Shown piece by piece: positions 12,244-24,329 of a stretch of 64,000 bases of DNA (positions are counted from its first letter, which is position 1; each line of letters starts with the position of its first letter). The position numbers and the translations under genes were made by a program. Source of the DNA: Scyliorhinus canicula (Eukaryota); the NCBI RefSeq assembly GCF_902713615.1, contig NC_052152.1, positions 52,179,810 to 52,243,809 on the forward strand, in the 5' to 3' direction. The notes below the pieces were generated by a model. The model saw only the letters and a list, made by a program, of their open reading frames with translations. It searched no databases and had not been told where the DNA came from.

Positions 12244-13770
12244 AGTAAGAAGTCTTACAACACCAGGTTAAAGTCCAACAGGTTTGTTTCAAACACAAGC
12301 TTTTGGAGCACTGCTTCTTCCTCAGGTGAATGAGAGGTATGTTCCAAAAACATATTACAGACAAATTCAAAGATGCCAGACAATGCTTAGAATGCCAGCA
12401 TTTGCAGGTAATTAAATCTTTACAGATGCAGAGATAGGGGTAACCCCAGGTTAAAGAGGTGTGAATTGTCTCCAGCCAGGATAGTTGGTAGGATTTCGCA
12501 AGCCCAGGCCAGATGGTGGGGGATGAATGTAATGCGACATGAATCCCAGGTCCCGGTTGAGGCCGCACTCATGTGTGCGGAACTTGGCTATAAGTTTCTG
12601 CTCAGCGATTCTGCGTTGTCGCACGTCCTGAAGGCCGCCTTGGAGAACGCTTACCCGGAGATCAGAGGCTGAATGCCCTTGACTGCTGAAGTGTTCCCCG
12701 ACTGGAAGGGAACATTCCTGCCTGGTGATTGTCGCGCGATGTCCGTTCATTTGTTGTCGCAGCGTCTGCATGGTCTCGCCAATGTACCACGCTTCGGGAC
12801 ATCCTTTCCTGCAGCATATGAGGTAGATAACATTGGTCGAGTCGCACGAGTATGTACCGCGTACCTGGTGGGTGGTGTTCTCACGTGTAATGGTGGTATC
12901 CATGTCAATGATCTGGCACGTTTTGCAGAGATTGCCCTGGCAGGGTTGTGCGGTGTCGTGGTCTCTGTTCTGAAGGCTGGGTAGTTTGCTGCAAACAATG
13001 GTTTGTTTGAGGTTGCGCAGTTGTTTGGAGGCAAGAAGGGGGGTGTGGGGATGACCTTGGCAAGATGTTCATCTTGATCGATGATATGTTGAAGGCTGCG
13101 AAGAAGATGTCATAGTTTCTCCGCTCCGGGAAAGTACTGGACGACGAAAGGTACTCTGTCGGTTGTGTCCCGTGTTTGTCTTCTGAGGAGGCCGGTGCGG
13201 TTTTTTGCTGTGGCGCATTGGAACTGAGTCGAGCGCTATATCCCGTTCGTACAAAGGCATCTTTCAGCATCTGTAGATGTCTGTATACTCGTGCGACTCG
13301 ACCAATGTTGTCTACCTCATACGCTGCAGGAAAGGATGTCCCGAAGCGTGGTACATTGGCGAGACCATGCAGACGCTGCGACAACAAAAGAACGGACATC
13401 GCGCGACAATCACCAGGCAGGAATGTTCCCTTCCAGTCGGGGAACACTTCAGCAGTCAAGGGCATTCAGCCTCTGATCTCCGGGTAAGCGTTCTCCAAGG
13501 CGGCCTTCAGGACACGCGACAACACAGAATCGCCGAGCAGAAACCTATAGCCAAGTTCCGCACACATGAGTGCGGCCTCAACCGGGACCTGGGATTCATG
13601 TTGCATTACATTCATCCCGCACCATCTGGTCTGGGTTTGCAAAATCCTACCAACTGTCCTGGCTAGAGACAATTCACACCTCTTTAACCTGGGGTTACCC
13701 CTATCTCTGCATCTGTAAAGATTTAATTACCTGCAAATGTTCACATTCTAAGCATTGTCTGGCATCTTTG
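12244..13770. mobile_element. Penelope-like element: minus-strand C-terminal/GIY-YIG part plus an inverted copy of its 3' end
   Basis: CDSTNVIYLICC..CPEAWYIGETMQTLRQQMNGHR (12451-12903, minus) and a near-identical plus-strand copy (13277-13666). Arms 12368-12853 and 13285-13770; terminal repeat sequence at 12244-12340. Confidence 0.92.
12294..12328 (-). ncRNA. Degenerate minimal type-I hammerhead ribozyme motif in the Penelope terminal repeat
   Basis: Minus strand CAC-CTGAGGA-A-GAAGC-AGT-GCTCC-AAAA-GCTT-GTG: CUGANGA core intact, GAAA changed to AAAA. Confidence 0.65.
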
Positions 13771-13974
13771 ATTTTATCATTGGCAGGCAGGCTCATTGGT
13801 CAGGCAGCCTAAACTCTTATCTGCAACCTCGATCCAGGCCGGGATGAACGATCAGGGCTCAAATAAGATTAACAAATGCCTCTTGGAACTGAGGTCTGTG
13901 TATTATTGGTGTCTAGACACTTGTAGCACAGTTTTGGCGCTGATATTTCTTTTACAGGTTCACAGCAGCTGTCC

Positions 13975-14045
13975 TCCCCAGGTTAAAGAGGTGTGAATTG
14001 TCTCCAGCCAGGACAGTTGGTAGGATTTTGCAAGCCCAGGCCAGG
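13975..14045 (-). mobile_element. Short Penelope 3' fragment
   Basis: Near-identical to 12445-12512. Confidence 0.75.
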
Positions 14046-14279
14046 GAGCCCAGGGAGCACATTGGAAATGCTGGCCCACATATTTCCTTTGCTTGGCACC
14101 TACCCTCTTCCCACCCTCCCTAGCAGTACTCAGCCTTTCACAGAGTGTGTTTCACACTGGATGGCCATTAATCCGCCATCCAGTCTAATATCACATTAAT
14201 ATTGCAATCTCAGATGGGTGTGGTTTCACACCTCCTGTGCCAACTGCAGACCTGCTGTATATGCAAAATTCAGGCTGAG

Positions 14280-16744
14280 ATACATTAATAAAATAAAGGT
14301 GGTTTTAAGGGATTTGCATTGGTAAACATTAGAAATAAGTTGTATTTTTAGGTGTGTTTAATTTAATGATTCTGTGTTTGGATGGGTAAAACCTATAGTA
14401 AGATTCATGCTTGATAAAGGTGTTTGCATGGGTGGGGCTTGGCTGAGACCCAACTGTGTTTCTATTGTGTTTATAGAGGGCAACGGTGTGAAAAATAAAT
14501 TAAAAGCATAGGTATGTTATTATGATCCCAGACCAGACCCGAACAGTGGCTAGGATACTGGTCCAAAATCCCAATATTTTAGTTTATTTTAAGACTGTGT
14601 TAAAAGAATGATTCACTCCGGGAGTGATTGCATGAAAAAGAAAGTGGGCTTTGGTATTTCTAAAATGAAACTTTATTAGAAATACAATATTAAATTTTAA
14701 AACTTTGCATCCGAAAAGAACAGCTTACCCCTTAACACTATCACACAATTTCCCATTAAACAACAAGAAAATAAACATACAGCTCTCAATCCATCTTAAA
14801 ACCAGCAGGATAGAGAGTAATTCTTGCGGTACAGAACAGATTCTGGCTCTGGTCCGAATCCCTTCAGACTCTGGCTGAATATCTTCAAATAGCTGCTTCC
14901 ACTGGGTTACTGGGTTGTTTCAGCCTGGTCTTCAAACAAGACTGCTCTGATTTTAAAATATTACTCTTGTTTTTAAACTCTCCCTCTCAAAACTTCTCCA
15001 AACTCGCTACCTCACTGCCTTTCTGGGCTTTACTCAGCAATGACCTAATATTCCAAGCTAAAAAAATAAATTATGTCTGAAGGCTGCAAAAGGACATTAA
15101 CTCTCCAGGGACTTCCCCAGTCAAACCACAGTCCAATAGCCTGGACTGAAAACCAGATTCCTTAAATTTCACCTTCTGTTTCCTTGAAGCAAAACAAAAT
15201 TGTTTTTAATCCACACCATATCCCCAGGCATTTAACTCTTATTAACTTGTCCCGGTATTCAGAAGTCAATATTCCTAAAAGCCTCCAATCGTCACACTGT
15301 GGATGTTGCTTAGCAACTGGAGGTCCTTGTAAGGTAAAAAGCTTCTAGTTTTAGTTTAGGAAATTCGAGAGCAGTTGGAGACAAGGGGCTGGATTCTCCC
15401 AAAATGGGGCTATGTCCCCACCCCAGTGTAAAAATGCTAGCGTTTCACTCTGAGGTTTCCAAAAAAAAAAGTCAATTCACTCACCGACAGGGGGCTAGTA
15501 GGGACCCAGAGTGATTCACATAGCTTTAGCTGCGGATACAGGCCCCCGCACTTCCGGTTTTGAGTCCGCGTATGCGCACAGAGGCGACCTCCAGCTGCCA
15601 CGGCGGACTCAGACTGTTGAGGCAGCTGCAAAGGATAGGCCCCCCCCCGATGGGCCATGCGCCCGAAGATCCAACTGGCCCAATCTGTCACCCGGCCGCC
15701 CATAAGGCCCCCCCCCCCTGGTGTCCGATCCCCCCGCTCCTCACCAGGAGGCCGCGGACTGAGTTTGCAGCCGCCATACGAGCTTCCCGAATGGCAATAG
15801 GTGGTTAGAACCATGCTGTCAGGAACTTGTCCGGTCGGGAGCGGAGGATCACAGGCCAGGCCTCTGGCAATGGCCCTCCAGCCGTGCGGAGTACTCCGCG
15901 AACTCGTCAATTTTCGGGTCCCGGATAATTGCCGGATCAGCACCGGGCCCGATTTCAGCGTGAAAGTTGATTTACCGCCCCTGCGCCCAATGCGATTTTG
16001 GCGCAGGACCATGGAGAATCCAGCCCCCTTTCTCAGGCAGTGAACATCACTCAATTCTTGCAAAAGAAAGACTGGACAAGATGGGAGCTGCAAAGAGGCA
16101 GGCTTCCTAAAGAACGAGTTACAGGGCAGATAACCAGGGAATTGGGATGGAAAAAATGTCGAAGTAACCTGGAGTTAAGTAAAGAGAGACCAAGAAATTA
16201 TTCAGAAGAATTCGAGGAAGAGTAAACAACATTATCTGAGTCAAGGAGACAAACACATTAACCAGATTTTAAAATGGGATAGCAGGTTTCAGAGGTAGAT
16301 GAAACGTTTGATGTCATTTTAATATTGTCTGGGAATGGAAAGTTAGGTTTGCACTGCAGGCAAGACAAAGAAATCCGACGGGATTTGCTGTTAAATGTCA
16401 TTTGTTAAACCTGGGCTGGATTTCGGAATGCAAACCACCAAGGGAAGCTTTATTATTATGTGCTTGAAAGGGACGTTTTGTGTTGGTGAGACGACTGTAA
16501 TTTAAGATGTACTTTGTAATCCATATTAATCTTTAAATTTATAAGTATTTGTTCAGCTAAGGGGGAAGTAAAGGAGTATTGTATTGTATCCCATTTTTTC
16601 CATTTTTAATAAATGTTTTTAATTTTTGTTAAAACTAATTACTGGCCCTGTGACCCTGTTCATCCACATTTTCTAAAACAAAATAAAAGTTACGGTCTTT
16701 TGAGCCAGGGCTCCATTATGGGATCTATCCGTCTAGTTATAACA
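14280..16744. mobile_element. Probable nested solo-LTR-like sequences
   Basis: A TGTTAT...GTCACA segment (14515-15296) lies inside a second AT-rich segment ending AATAAA...GGGATCT..TTATAACA (16744). No TSD found; outer left boundary uncertain. Confidence 0.35.
15385..16027. mobile_element. PIF/Harbinger-type MITE
   Basis: Perfect 15-bp TIR GGGGCTGGATTCTCC / GGAGAATCCAGCCCC; CpG-rich interior shared with 33651-34210 and 51829-52133. Confidence 0.85.
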
Positions 16745-17219
16745 TAAATTTGGATTGCAACAGTTAACTGTTAAAACAGTTTATACAAAAATTTGACACA
16801 AATGCATCAATTTATCAGCAAGAAATAGCACACAGGAAACTGAAGGTTTCTTACCATCAGGTGACACAGAAGAAAATTTGTGTTGTGGTTAGACAATCTG
16901 CTCATAGATGCAGGGGATAAATTGGATAGCCCCTGAAATTGGGTGTGTGGATCATGATGTGCAAGTTCAGTGTGATGCAGGCTGTATGTAAACCTTGTAT
17001 TGTAAATTATAAGGATTGCACAGTATTGAACACACTCCTCAGTGGCTGCACCTTTTAGCAAGGAGCCCAAGTTCAAGCATGGCCAGCACCATAGTACCAC
17101 AAAGTAAGCCCACGCAATTTAAAGCCAACCTGCATTTGTTAAAGGGGAACGGCATTCAGTGCGCATCAGGGTCTGGAAAATGAAAGAAGATTAGAAAAAC
17201 CAGGAACAATCCACAAAAA

Positions 17220-17460
17220 TGGTACTTCAGGCCAAGAGAGGGTGCCCCAGAGTTCTCAAATTCTGCCTTGGAAGCCTTGGTGTGGGAGGTGCACAGCAGG
17301 AGAGAGGGTCTCTTCACACAAGGAAGGGACTTGCAGCTAGCTGGCTAGACAGATATTGAAAGGTGTTTCAGTAGCCTTTTGGTTAACACCAGCTATCTCT
17401 GAAGAGCTGGATGCAGTGCAGGAAGAAATTTAATTCCTTCAAACAAGAGGGCAAGGTCCG
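17220..17460 (+). mobile_element. Decayed Myb/SANT-like gene fragment (Harbinger-type)
   Basis: EFSNSALEALVWEVHSRREGLF...SWMQCRKKFNSF resembles the Myb/SANT ORFs at about 51400 and 59750. Confidence 0.6.
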
Positions 17461-17739
17461 TGAACGGATTGTCAAATGCTGAATCCTACCAACTGCACCA
17501 CGAGGCTCACACACTGCTCCATTCACCACACCCATACTCACCTATCAACATTCTTGTCAGCCTCAACTCAGACCGTACATTCATAGTTTCATCTCAGCCT
17601 CACATACTTAGCACTGCTACAAGCCTCACACTCACACCACTCCACATTCACACATTGCTAGCTATTTAACTGTGACAGGCTCATCACCCAAACAGGTTGA
17701 ATCGCACTCACTAACCCACTTCTGCTCTTTGCTGAACTC

Positions 17740-18620
17740 CGCTGTTTCAGATCCAACTCTGGCATTGTCATCAAGCCCGCCAAGGGTGGGGCTGTTGTTG
17801 TCTGGCATACTACCTCTACATCACAGAAGCTGAGCATCAACTGTCATCTCCTACCTCCCATGGACCAAACCCCAACCACCGCACATCAAGCTATTGTTTC
17901 CAGGATTGTCACTGACCTCATCTCCTCTGGAGTTCGTCCCTCCACAGCCTCCAAACTCACAGTCTCCCAATCCCGGACAGCCTGCTTCTACCTTCTCCCC
18001 AAAGTCCACAAACAAGAATGCCCAGCTGGGCCCATCGTGTTGGCCTGTTCCTGCCCCACTGAACTCATTCCTTCCTATCTTGACACAATTCACTCTTCTC
18101 TTGTCCAGTCCTTTCCCACCTACATCCACGAAACCTCCAATGCCGTGCACCATACCATGATGTGGGGATGCCGGCATTGGACTGGGGTGAGGACAGTAAG
18201 AAGTCTTACAACACCAGGTTAAAGTCCAACAGGTTTGTTTCAAACACTAGCTTTCGGAGCACTGCTCATTCACCTAAGGAAGGAGCGGTGCTCTGAAAGC
18301 TAGTGTTTGAAATAAACCTGTTGGACTTTAACCTGGTGTTGTAAGACTTCTTTCTGTGCTACACCATACCAACAACTTCCAATTCCCCGGCCCTAACCAT
18401 CTCCTCTTTACCGTGGATGTCCAATCCCTCTATGCCTCCATTCCCCACCAGGATAGTCTGAGGGTTCTCTTTTACCTTGAACAGAGGCCCGTACAATACC
18501 CATCCTCCACCACTCTGTCTCACTGAACAATTTCTCCATTAACTTGTCTCACTTCCTCTACAGTCAAGGGGTCTATTTACAACCCCCACTAACCTTTCTT
18601 TGCCCCTTATTCAGTTCTAC
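17740..18620 (+). mobile_element. Penelope-like RT fragment (second family), split by a mini-element
   Basis: IVIKPA..GGAVVVW, FYLLPKVHK, GPIVLACSCPTE, then NNFQFPGPNHLLFTVDVQSLYASIPH after the insertion. Confidence 0.85.
18158..18361. mobile_element. 204-bp palindromic Penelope-terminus-derived mini-element
   Basis: 10-bp TSD CACCATACCA (18148-18157, 18362-18371); 70-bp inverted arms 18198-18267 and 18283-18352 with 3 mismatches; sequence matches 12244-12330. Confidence 0.88.
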
Positions 18621-18654
18621 CCATACAGATTCCACATCATCAGAGCTTTTTAAA

Positions 18655-18850
18655 AATAAATTTAGAGTAGCCAATTATTTTTTTTCCAATTAAGGGCAAT
18701 TTAGAGTGGCCAATCTACCTGCCCTGCACATCTTTGGGTTGTGAGGGTGAAACCCACACAGACACGGGGAGAATATGCAAACTCCACACAGTGACCCAGG
18801 GCCAGGATTCGAACCTGCGGCAGCAGTACTAACCACTGTGCCACCGTGCC
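18655..18850 (-). mobile_element. V-SINE, short-tail variant
   Basis: Reverse-complement head and core, tail AATTGCCCTTAATTGGAAAAAAAATAATTGGCTACTCTAAATTT. Confidence 0.8.
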
Positions 18851-18859
18851 ATCCCATCA

Positions 18860-19480
18860 TCAGAGCTAATATCCTTCCTCATTGTTGCACTAATTTCCTC
18901 TTTAACCAGAATGCAATCCTACCCACTGCCCTTTTCCTTTGTCTGTCCTTCCCAAATACCGAATACCCCTGGATGTTCAGTTCCCAACTCTGGTCACCCT
19001 GCAGCCATGTCTCCGTAATTCCAACTAAATCATACCTGTTTACATCTATTTGCGTGATTAATTAATCCACTTTATTGTGAATGCTCCACGCATTAAGGCA
19101 CAAAGCCTTAAGGCTGGTCTTTAGCATCCACCCCCACTATTTTTCCCTGAGGTCCTCGATTTCTCTGCCTATCACTTTTCGTATTCCCCTTTCTGTCTTT
19201 TGTTCTTGAATCCAACCCCCACCCCCCAACCCCTACCCCACCCCCCCCAAACACAAATTTCCATCCCTGCCATTTTAGTTTAAACCCTCCCCAATCACTC
19301 AAGCAAATTCTCCCCCAGGACATCAGTCCCGGCCTTGACCAGATGTAACCCGCCCAGTTTGTACTGGTCCCACCTCCCCAGAACCGGTCCCAAGATTAGG
19401 AATCTGAAACCCTTCCCCTCACACCACCTCTTCAGCCACGTCAAATATATCCTACTTTTTCTACTCTGACTAATGCAGTG
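18860..19480 (-). mobile_element. CR1 ORF1 (esterase-like) / ORF2 endonuclease junction fragment
   Basis: WLKRWCEGKGFRFL..GRWDQYKLGGLHL..GTDVLG, then LCLNA.SI.NKVD..VGITETWLQGDQSWELNIQGYSVFGKDR. Confidence 0.8.
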
Positions 19481-20169
19481 ATAGATGACAAATTTGGAGA
19501 TGTTAGTCATGTTGCCTGTTCCAGCTGGAAGCATCTGCCACTGTCCTTGCCCTGCATAAGGCCTCGGAGTTCTGTGACCTTCTCCTTTGTCAATCATTAC
19601 CACCGATGACACAGCTACTGTCCTTTGTGGAGGCATGGGAAGGTCCTCCCCGAAGACCCACGGTGGTTTTCCTGCTGAGAACTCATCTTTCCTTGGGAGC
19701 AAATGGTGTGCTTAGAACCCTTGCAGTCACAAGCAACATCTGCCCCACATAACCTAACTTACAAGTTGTTCATGATCCCTTTAAATAATCTGGTGGTGGA
19801 ATCCCTCACATTATTCATATCTTCAACTACAAGTGGTTGAGAAAAAAGCATCAACTAGAGCAGGGCCAGCAACCTGTCAGCCAGCAGGTCAGGCATAAGT
19901 GATAGACACTGACGTCATGATCTGCCCACTCTGCACATTTCCAGCAAATGCATATAGTGGCCACACACCCTCACCAAGAAGACATTCAGTGTGGGCTGCA
20001 CCAAGAGCTGACGCTACTATGTTACTAAACCAACACCTGTAGTACTGAAACTACCGGCACAGTAGATTCAATTTGACGTTGAATTGTTTTTTGGAGCAAG
20101 CAAGGAGATAGATTAAGGGCTTGCCCTGTCCACTCTGCGTATTGGCTTTGTAGCTCTGAGAAATTCTAC

Positions 20170-20482
20170 GGGGTGGCATGGTCGCACAGTGGTTAGCACT
20201 ATTGCTTCACAGCACCAGGGTCCCAGGTTTGATTCCGGCTTGAGTCACTGTCTGTGCGGAGTCTGCGTCTGCCCGTTCTCTCCGTGTCTGCGTGGGTTTC
20301 CTCCGGGTGCTCCGGTTTCCTCCCCACAAGTCCCAAAAGATGTGCTTGTTAGGTGAATTGGACATTCTGAATTCTCACTCTGTACCTGAACAGACGCCGG
20401 AGTGTGGCAACTAGGGGCTTTATACAGTAACTTCATTGAAGTATTAATGTAAGCCTACTTATGACACCAATAAAGATTATTA
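20170..20482 (+). mobile_element. V-SINE, TGACAC..AATAAAGATTA tail variant
   Basis: Head, core and tail as at 7615-7920. Confidence 0.85.
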
Positions 20483-20812
20483 AATTAAAGAAACATTTTT
20501 TTTAAAAAGGTGAAGTCAAATTTTGTAAGAGATTACAAAGCCTGAGAGGACATTTTGTGATTAATTCGGAATGAGATAATTCATGATTTTGTTGTGCGGA
20601 GGAGGCTGTTGAAACAGGAATTGCTTGCTGAAAGAGCAGATTGGATAAGTGACAGTTGTGGTTTGGAAAGGAAGTGACAGCAGAGGAATAGATACTTCAT
20701 TCATTTGCATTTTGTCACTAGCTATCATTTTAGTTGAAGTCATAGAAAATTCAGCTGTGAACAGGCACAGCTGAAAACACAAAGGCAAAAATGGTGATTT
20801 TTATCCCTACTT

Positions 20813-21153
20813 TAGAACATAGAACATAGAACAGTACAGCACAGAACAGGCCCTTCGGCCCTCAATGTTGTGCCGAGCAATGATCACCCTACTCAAACCC
20901 ATGTATCCACCCTATACCCGTAACCCAACAACTCACCCCCTTAACCTTACTATTAGGACACTACGGGCAATTTAGCATGGCCAATCCACCTAACCCGCAC
21001 ATCTTTGGACTGTGGGAGGAAACCGGAGCACCCGGAGGAAACCCACGCACACACAGGGAGGACGTGCAGACTCCACACAGACAGTGACCCAGCCGGGAAT
21101 CGAACCTGGGACCCTGGAGCTGTGAAGCATTTATGCTAACCACCATGCTACCC
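20813..21153 (-). mobile_element. V-SINE with CR1 tail (young subfamily)
   Basis: Near-identical to 35243-35577; ends in (TTCTATG)n. Confidence 0.88.
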
Positions 21154-21899
21154 ACTTTATGAGTGGACATTAAATAAACTGGCATCAACACCACTAACCC
21201 AATAGCCACGTGTAATACTGCACTATAGTCTCAGAGGCCTTTTTATTTTCATTTACATCTGATTATTCCCCACTTACATCCTACATACGGAGAAAATAAA
21301 CATGGAGTACAAATCATTTCCTTAATAGAGTTAAATTCAACTTGAATTGATTACACTTGGGTTGACGTCCATGGGTGGGCATGTATGGACTTGATTTTAC
21401 AATATAGTGTTTCTCACAATTATTCTGCTAATCCAAGGTCGGGGTGAGATCATTTGAATACAGCAGAGGTTCGATATTTGATCTGATTTTAAAGTGCCGC
21501 TCATTCATTCTACTCCCCATGCTGCCAATCATTAGTTTGACAAGTCCATTTAACAACACAAATTAGAAGAGAAAGTGAAGTTGCGTTGATTGTGAGCACC
21601 TGGAGATTTTGTTACACAGATAAATAGAATTTGATGCTGAATGGAAAGTTTACCAAGACAAGGCACACCCAGCAGATGACCTGTCAAAAAATCATAAGTG
21701 CACTGTCTACAATTTTCCATCTGAAATGTTGTTTTAGAAGACACAAAACATGGAGTACATCAGCAATTCCGATACCGATGAGTATCTGAGAATGATACAG
21801 ATTGCGAAAAATAGAAACTCTTAGATATTAGACACTAAATGTATGAGATACTCCGCTTATTGCATAGATGAGAAGTTATTTGCTTGGGAACTGATATAA

Positions 21900-22110
21900 T
21901 AGGGGGAAGCCATTCAGCCCATCGTATCTGCACCCACTCTCCAGATCACCTAGTGCCATCTCCCATCTTGCCCCGTAACCCGACACACTCTTCCTTTTCA
22001 AATAACAGTAAATTCCCCTCAGAATGCTTTGATTAAGTCCGTCTCCACCACACACCCAGGCAGTGCCTTCCAGACCTTAACCACTCTCTGTGTGAAAAAA
22101 ATCATTCTTT
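21900..22110 (-). mobile_element. Degraded CR1 3' tail
   Basis: GCCATTCAGCCCATC...AACCACTCTCTGTGTGAAAAAA matches the CR1 3' region seen at 1370-1395 and 31390-31410. Confidence 0.6.
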
Positions 22111-22119
22111 AAGTTGCTA

Positions 22120-22412
22120 TGGGCAGCACAGTAGCACAGGGCAGCACAGTAGCACAGTGGGTAGCACTGTTGCTTCACAGCTCCAGGTTCGATTCCCGGC
22201 TTGGGTCACTGTCTGTGTGGAGTCTGCAAGTTCTCCTTGTGTCTGCGTGGGTTCCCTCCGGTTTCCTCCTTCAAGTCCCAAAAGACGTGCTGTCAGGTGA
22301 ATTGGATATTCTGAATTGTCCCTCTGTGTACCCGAACAGGCGCCGGAAGGTGGCGACTTGGGGCTTTTCACAGTAACTTCATTGCAGTGAAACTGTAACC
22401 CTACTTGTTATA
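22120..22412 (+). mobile_element. V-SINE with tandemly duplicated 5' end
   Basis: GGGCAGCACAGTAGCACA occurs twice, then core and tail as at 20170. Confidence 0.85.
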
Positions 22413-22529
22413 ATATATGCCAATGTTAAATCTATGCCCCATCGTTCCCTATCCTTTCACTAGTCGGAACAGTTTTCCCCTATCTACCATCTCCAGACCC
22501 CTCATGATTTTGAATGCACTCTAGGGCTT

Positions 22530-22895
22530 GCACGCAAATTTTAAGGCTGACACTCCAGTGCATTACTGAGGGAATGCTGCACTGTCAGAGGTATTGCCTT
22601 TCGAATGAGATGTTAAACTGAGTCCCCGTTTGCCTGCTTGGGATAGATGTAAAAGATGCGGTGGCATTACACTGAAGAAGTTTAGAGAAGGGACATCTCT
22701 GATATCCTGGTCAATATTTATCCCTCAAATCAATACAAAAAAAACATACCCGGACAACATTACAATACTGTTGGTGTGGGAGCTTGCTGTGCTCAATTTG
22801 GCTGCCACATTTCCTATATTACAACAGTGACTTCACTTCAAAAGTACTTAATTGGCTGTAAAGTGCTTTGAGATGTCCAGTGGCCATGTAAACAA
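22530..22895 (+). mobile_element. DeuSINE (SacSINE1/AmnSINE-like)
   Basis: GAGATGTTAAAC..GATGTAAAAGAT..CAATATTTATCCCTCAA..GTGGGAGCTTGCTGTGC.CAATTTGGCTGCC..TTACAACAGTGAC..TGTAAAGTGCTTTG matches the recalled Deu domain and L2-type tail. Confidence 0.8.
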
Positions 22896-22929
22896 CATTA
22901 ATGGTGTCTTCAGCATAATGAATCAACCC

Positions 22930-23590
22930 ACAGGAGCATTCATTATAAAGCAATGAAATATTATTTGAGCTGACAAAAAGCTTAGTCAAAAGATAAGTTT
23001 TAAGAGAGCCTTAAAGCAAGATACAGAGACAGAGATGTAGAGGGGAAATTCCAGAGCTTGGGGCTTACACACCTGAAGGCACGGCCACAAATTCCGGAGC
23101 TGGAAATGCATTAGAGATCAAACTGCAGGCACCTTGAAGGGTTGCGGGGCTGAGAGGGATTATGGAGATAGGGAGCGGCAAGACCACTGAGGGATAGATA
23201 AACAAGGATCAGACTTTTAAAATCCACTTTGCTTGACCCAGTGCTAATGTAAGTCAGCAAGCACAGAGGCCGTAGCAGAACTGGATTTGTTGTGTGTTAA
23301 AACACAGGCAGTTGAGTTTTGGATGAACGACAGAGCGTAGAATGTGGGAGACCTGTCAAAACTACTGGAATAGTGGAGTTTTGGAATAATGAAGGCAGGA
23401 ATGTGGGTTTTAGCAGACGAGCTAACAAAGGGGTGAGTGAAGTCAGGCGATGTTATGGAGGTGAAAGTTGGTCGTCTTAAGTGATGGCACAAATAGGAGG
23501 TTGGAGGTCATTTCTGGATCAAATGTGATATCAGGGATGTGAATTGACTGGATTAATCTCAGACTGTTACTTGGGAGATGGTTGGAGTAG
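22930..23590 (-). mobile_element. L2 LINE 3' fragment
   Basis: SSSAKTHIPAFIIPKLHYSS..IQNSTACVLTH.KSSS..SVLADLH is the decayed L2 C-terminal motif. Confidence 0.75.
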
Positions 23591-23609
23591 GTAGGGAACA
23601 GGAATGAGA

Positions 23610-23710
23610 AGCATTATATAGCACTGTTGCTTCTCAGCACCAGGGTCCCAGGTTCAATCCTAACTCGGGTCACTGTCTGCAGAGTCTGCACATTCTCCCA
23701 GTGTCTGCGT

Positions 23711-23741
<31 letters not shown>

Positions 23742-23885
23742 ACATGTGCTTGTTAGGTGAATTAGACATTCTGAATTCCCCGTCCGTGAACCCGAACAGG
23801 CGCCGGAGTGTGACAACTAGGGGTTTTCACAGTAACTTCATTGCAGTGTTAATGTATGCCTACTTGTGACAAAAGATTATTAGTA
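23610..23885 (+). mobile_element. V-SINE
   Basis: B-box GGTTCAATCC, core, tail ending TTGTGACAAAAGATTATTA. Confidence 0.82.
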
Positions 23886-24329
23886 TATAAGTACAAGCTT
23901 CTTCTAAACCACAGATCTTGTCCCAATCTAATAGTTCTCTATTATCATGTCGTTCGTGATACGTGGGAACTTTGTCAGTTTTGGTTTGGTAACGGCTGTC
24001 AGCACAAAGAGTAACTGTCCATTTGTCAGCCGATGTGCAGTGATATTCAAACAAGACAGTTAATGATTGCAATGTCAAGTTGACTGCCAGTTCAATGAGG
24101 CCTAATCCATACATAATTACCAGCTCGATGCTGGATATGTATAATCTGTCTGCAGGTAAACTAGTGTGACTAAAAACGCTTTTCTTTCAGATTTTCAGGG
24201 AATGACCAATGCTCTCACTCAATCAGCTGTGGGGATATTTTCCTGGGTCAGGGCATAAGTGAACATGGGAACAAATCAGGGACAGTTGTGTATAGAATAG
24301 AGAATACTGTCAGATTTCTCCTGTCACAC

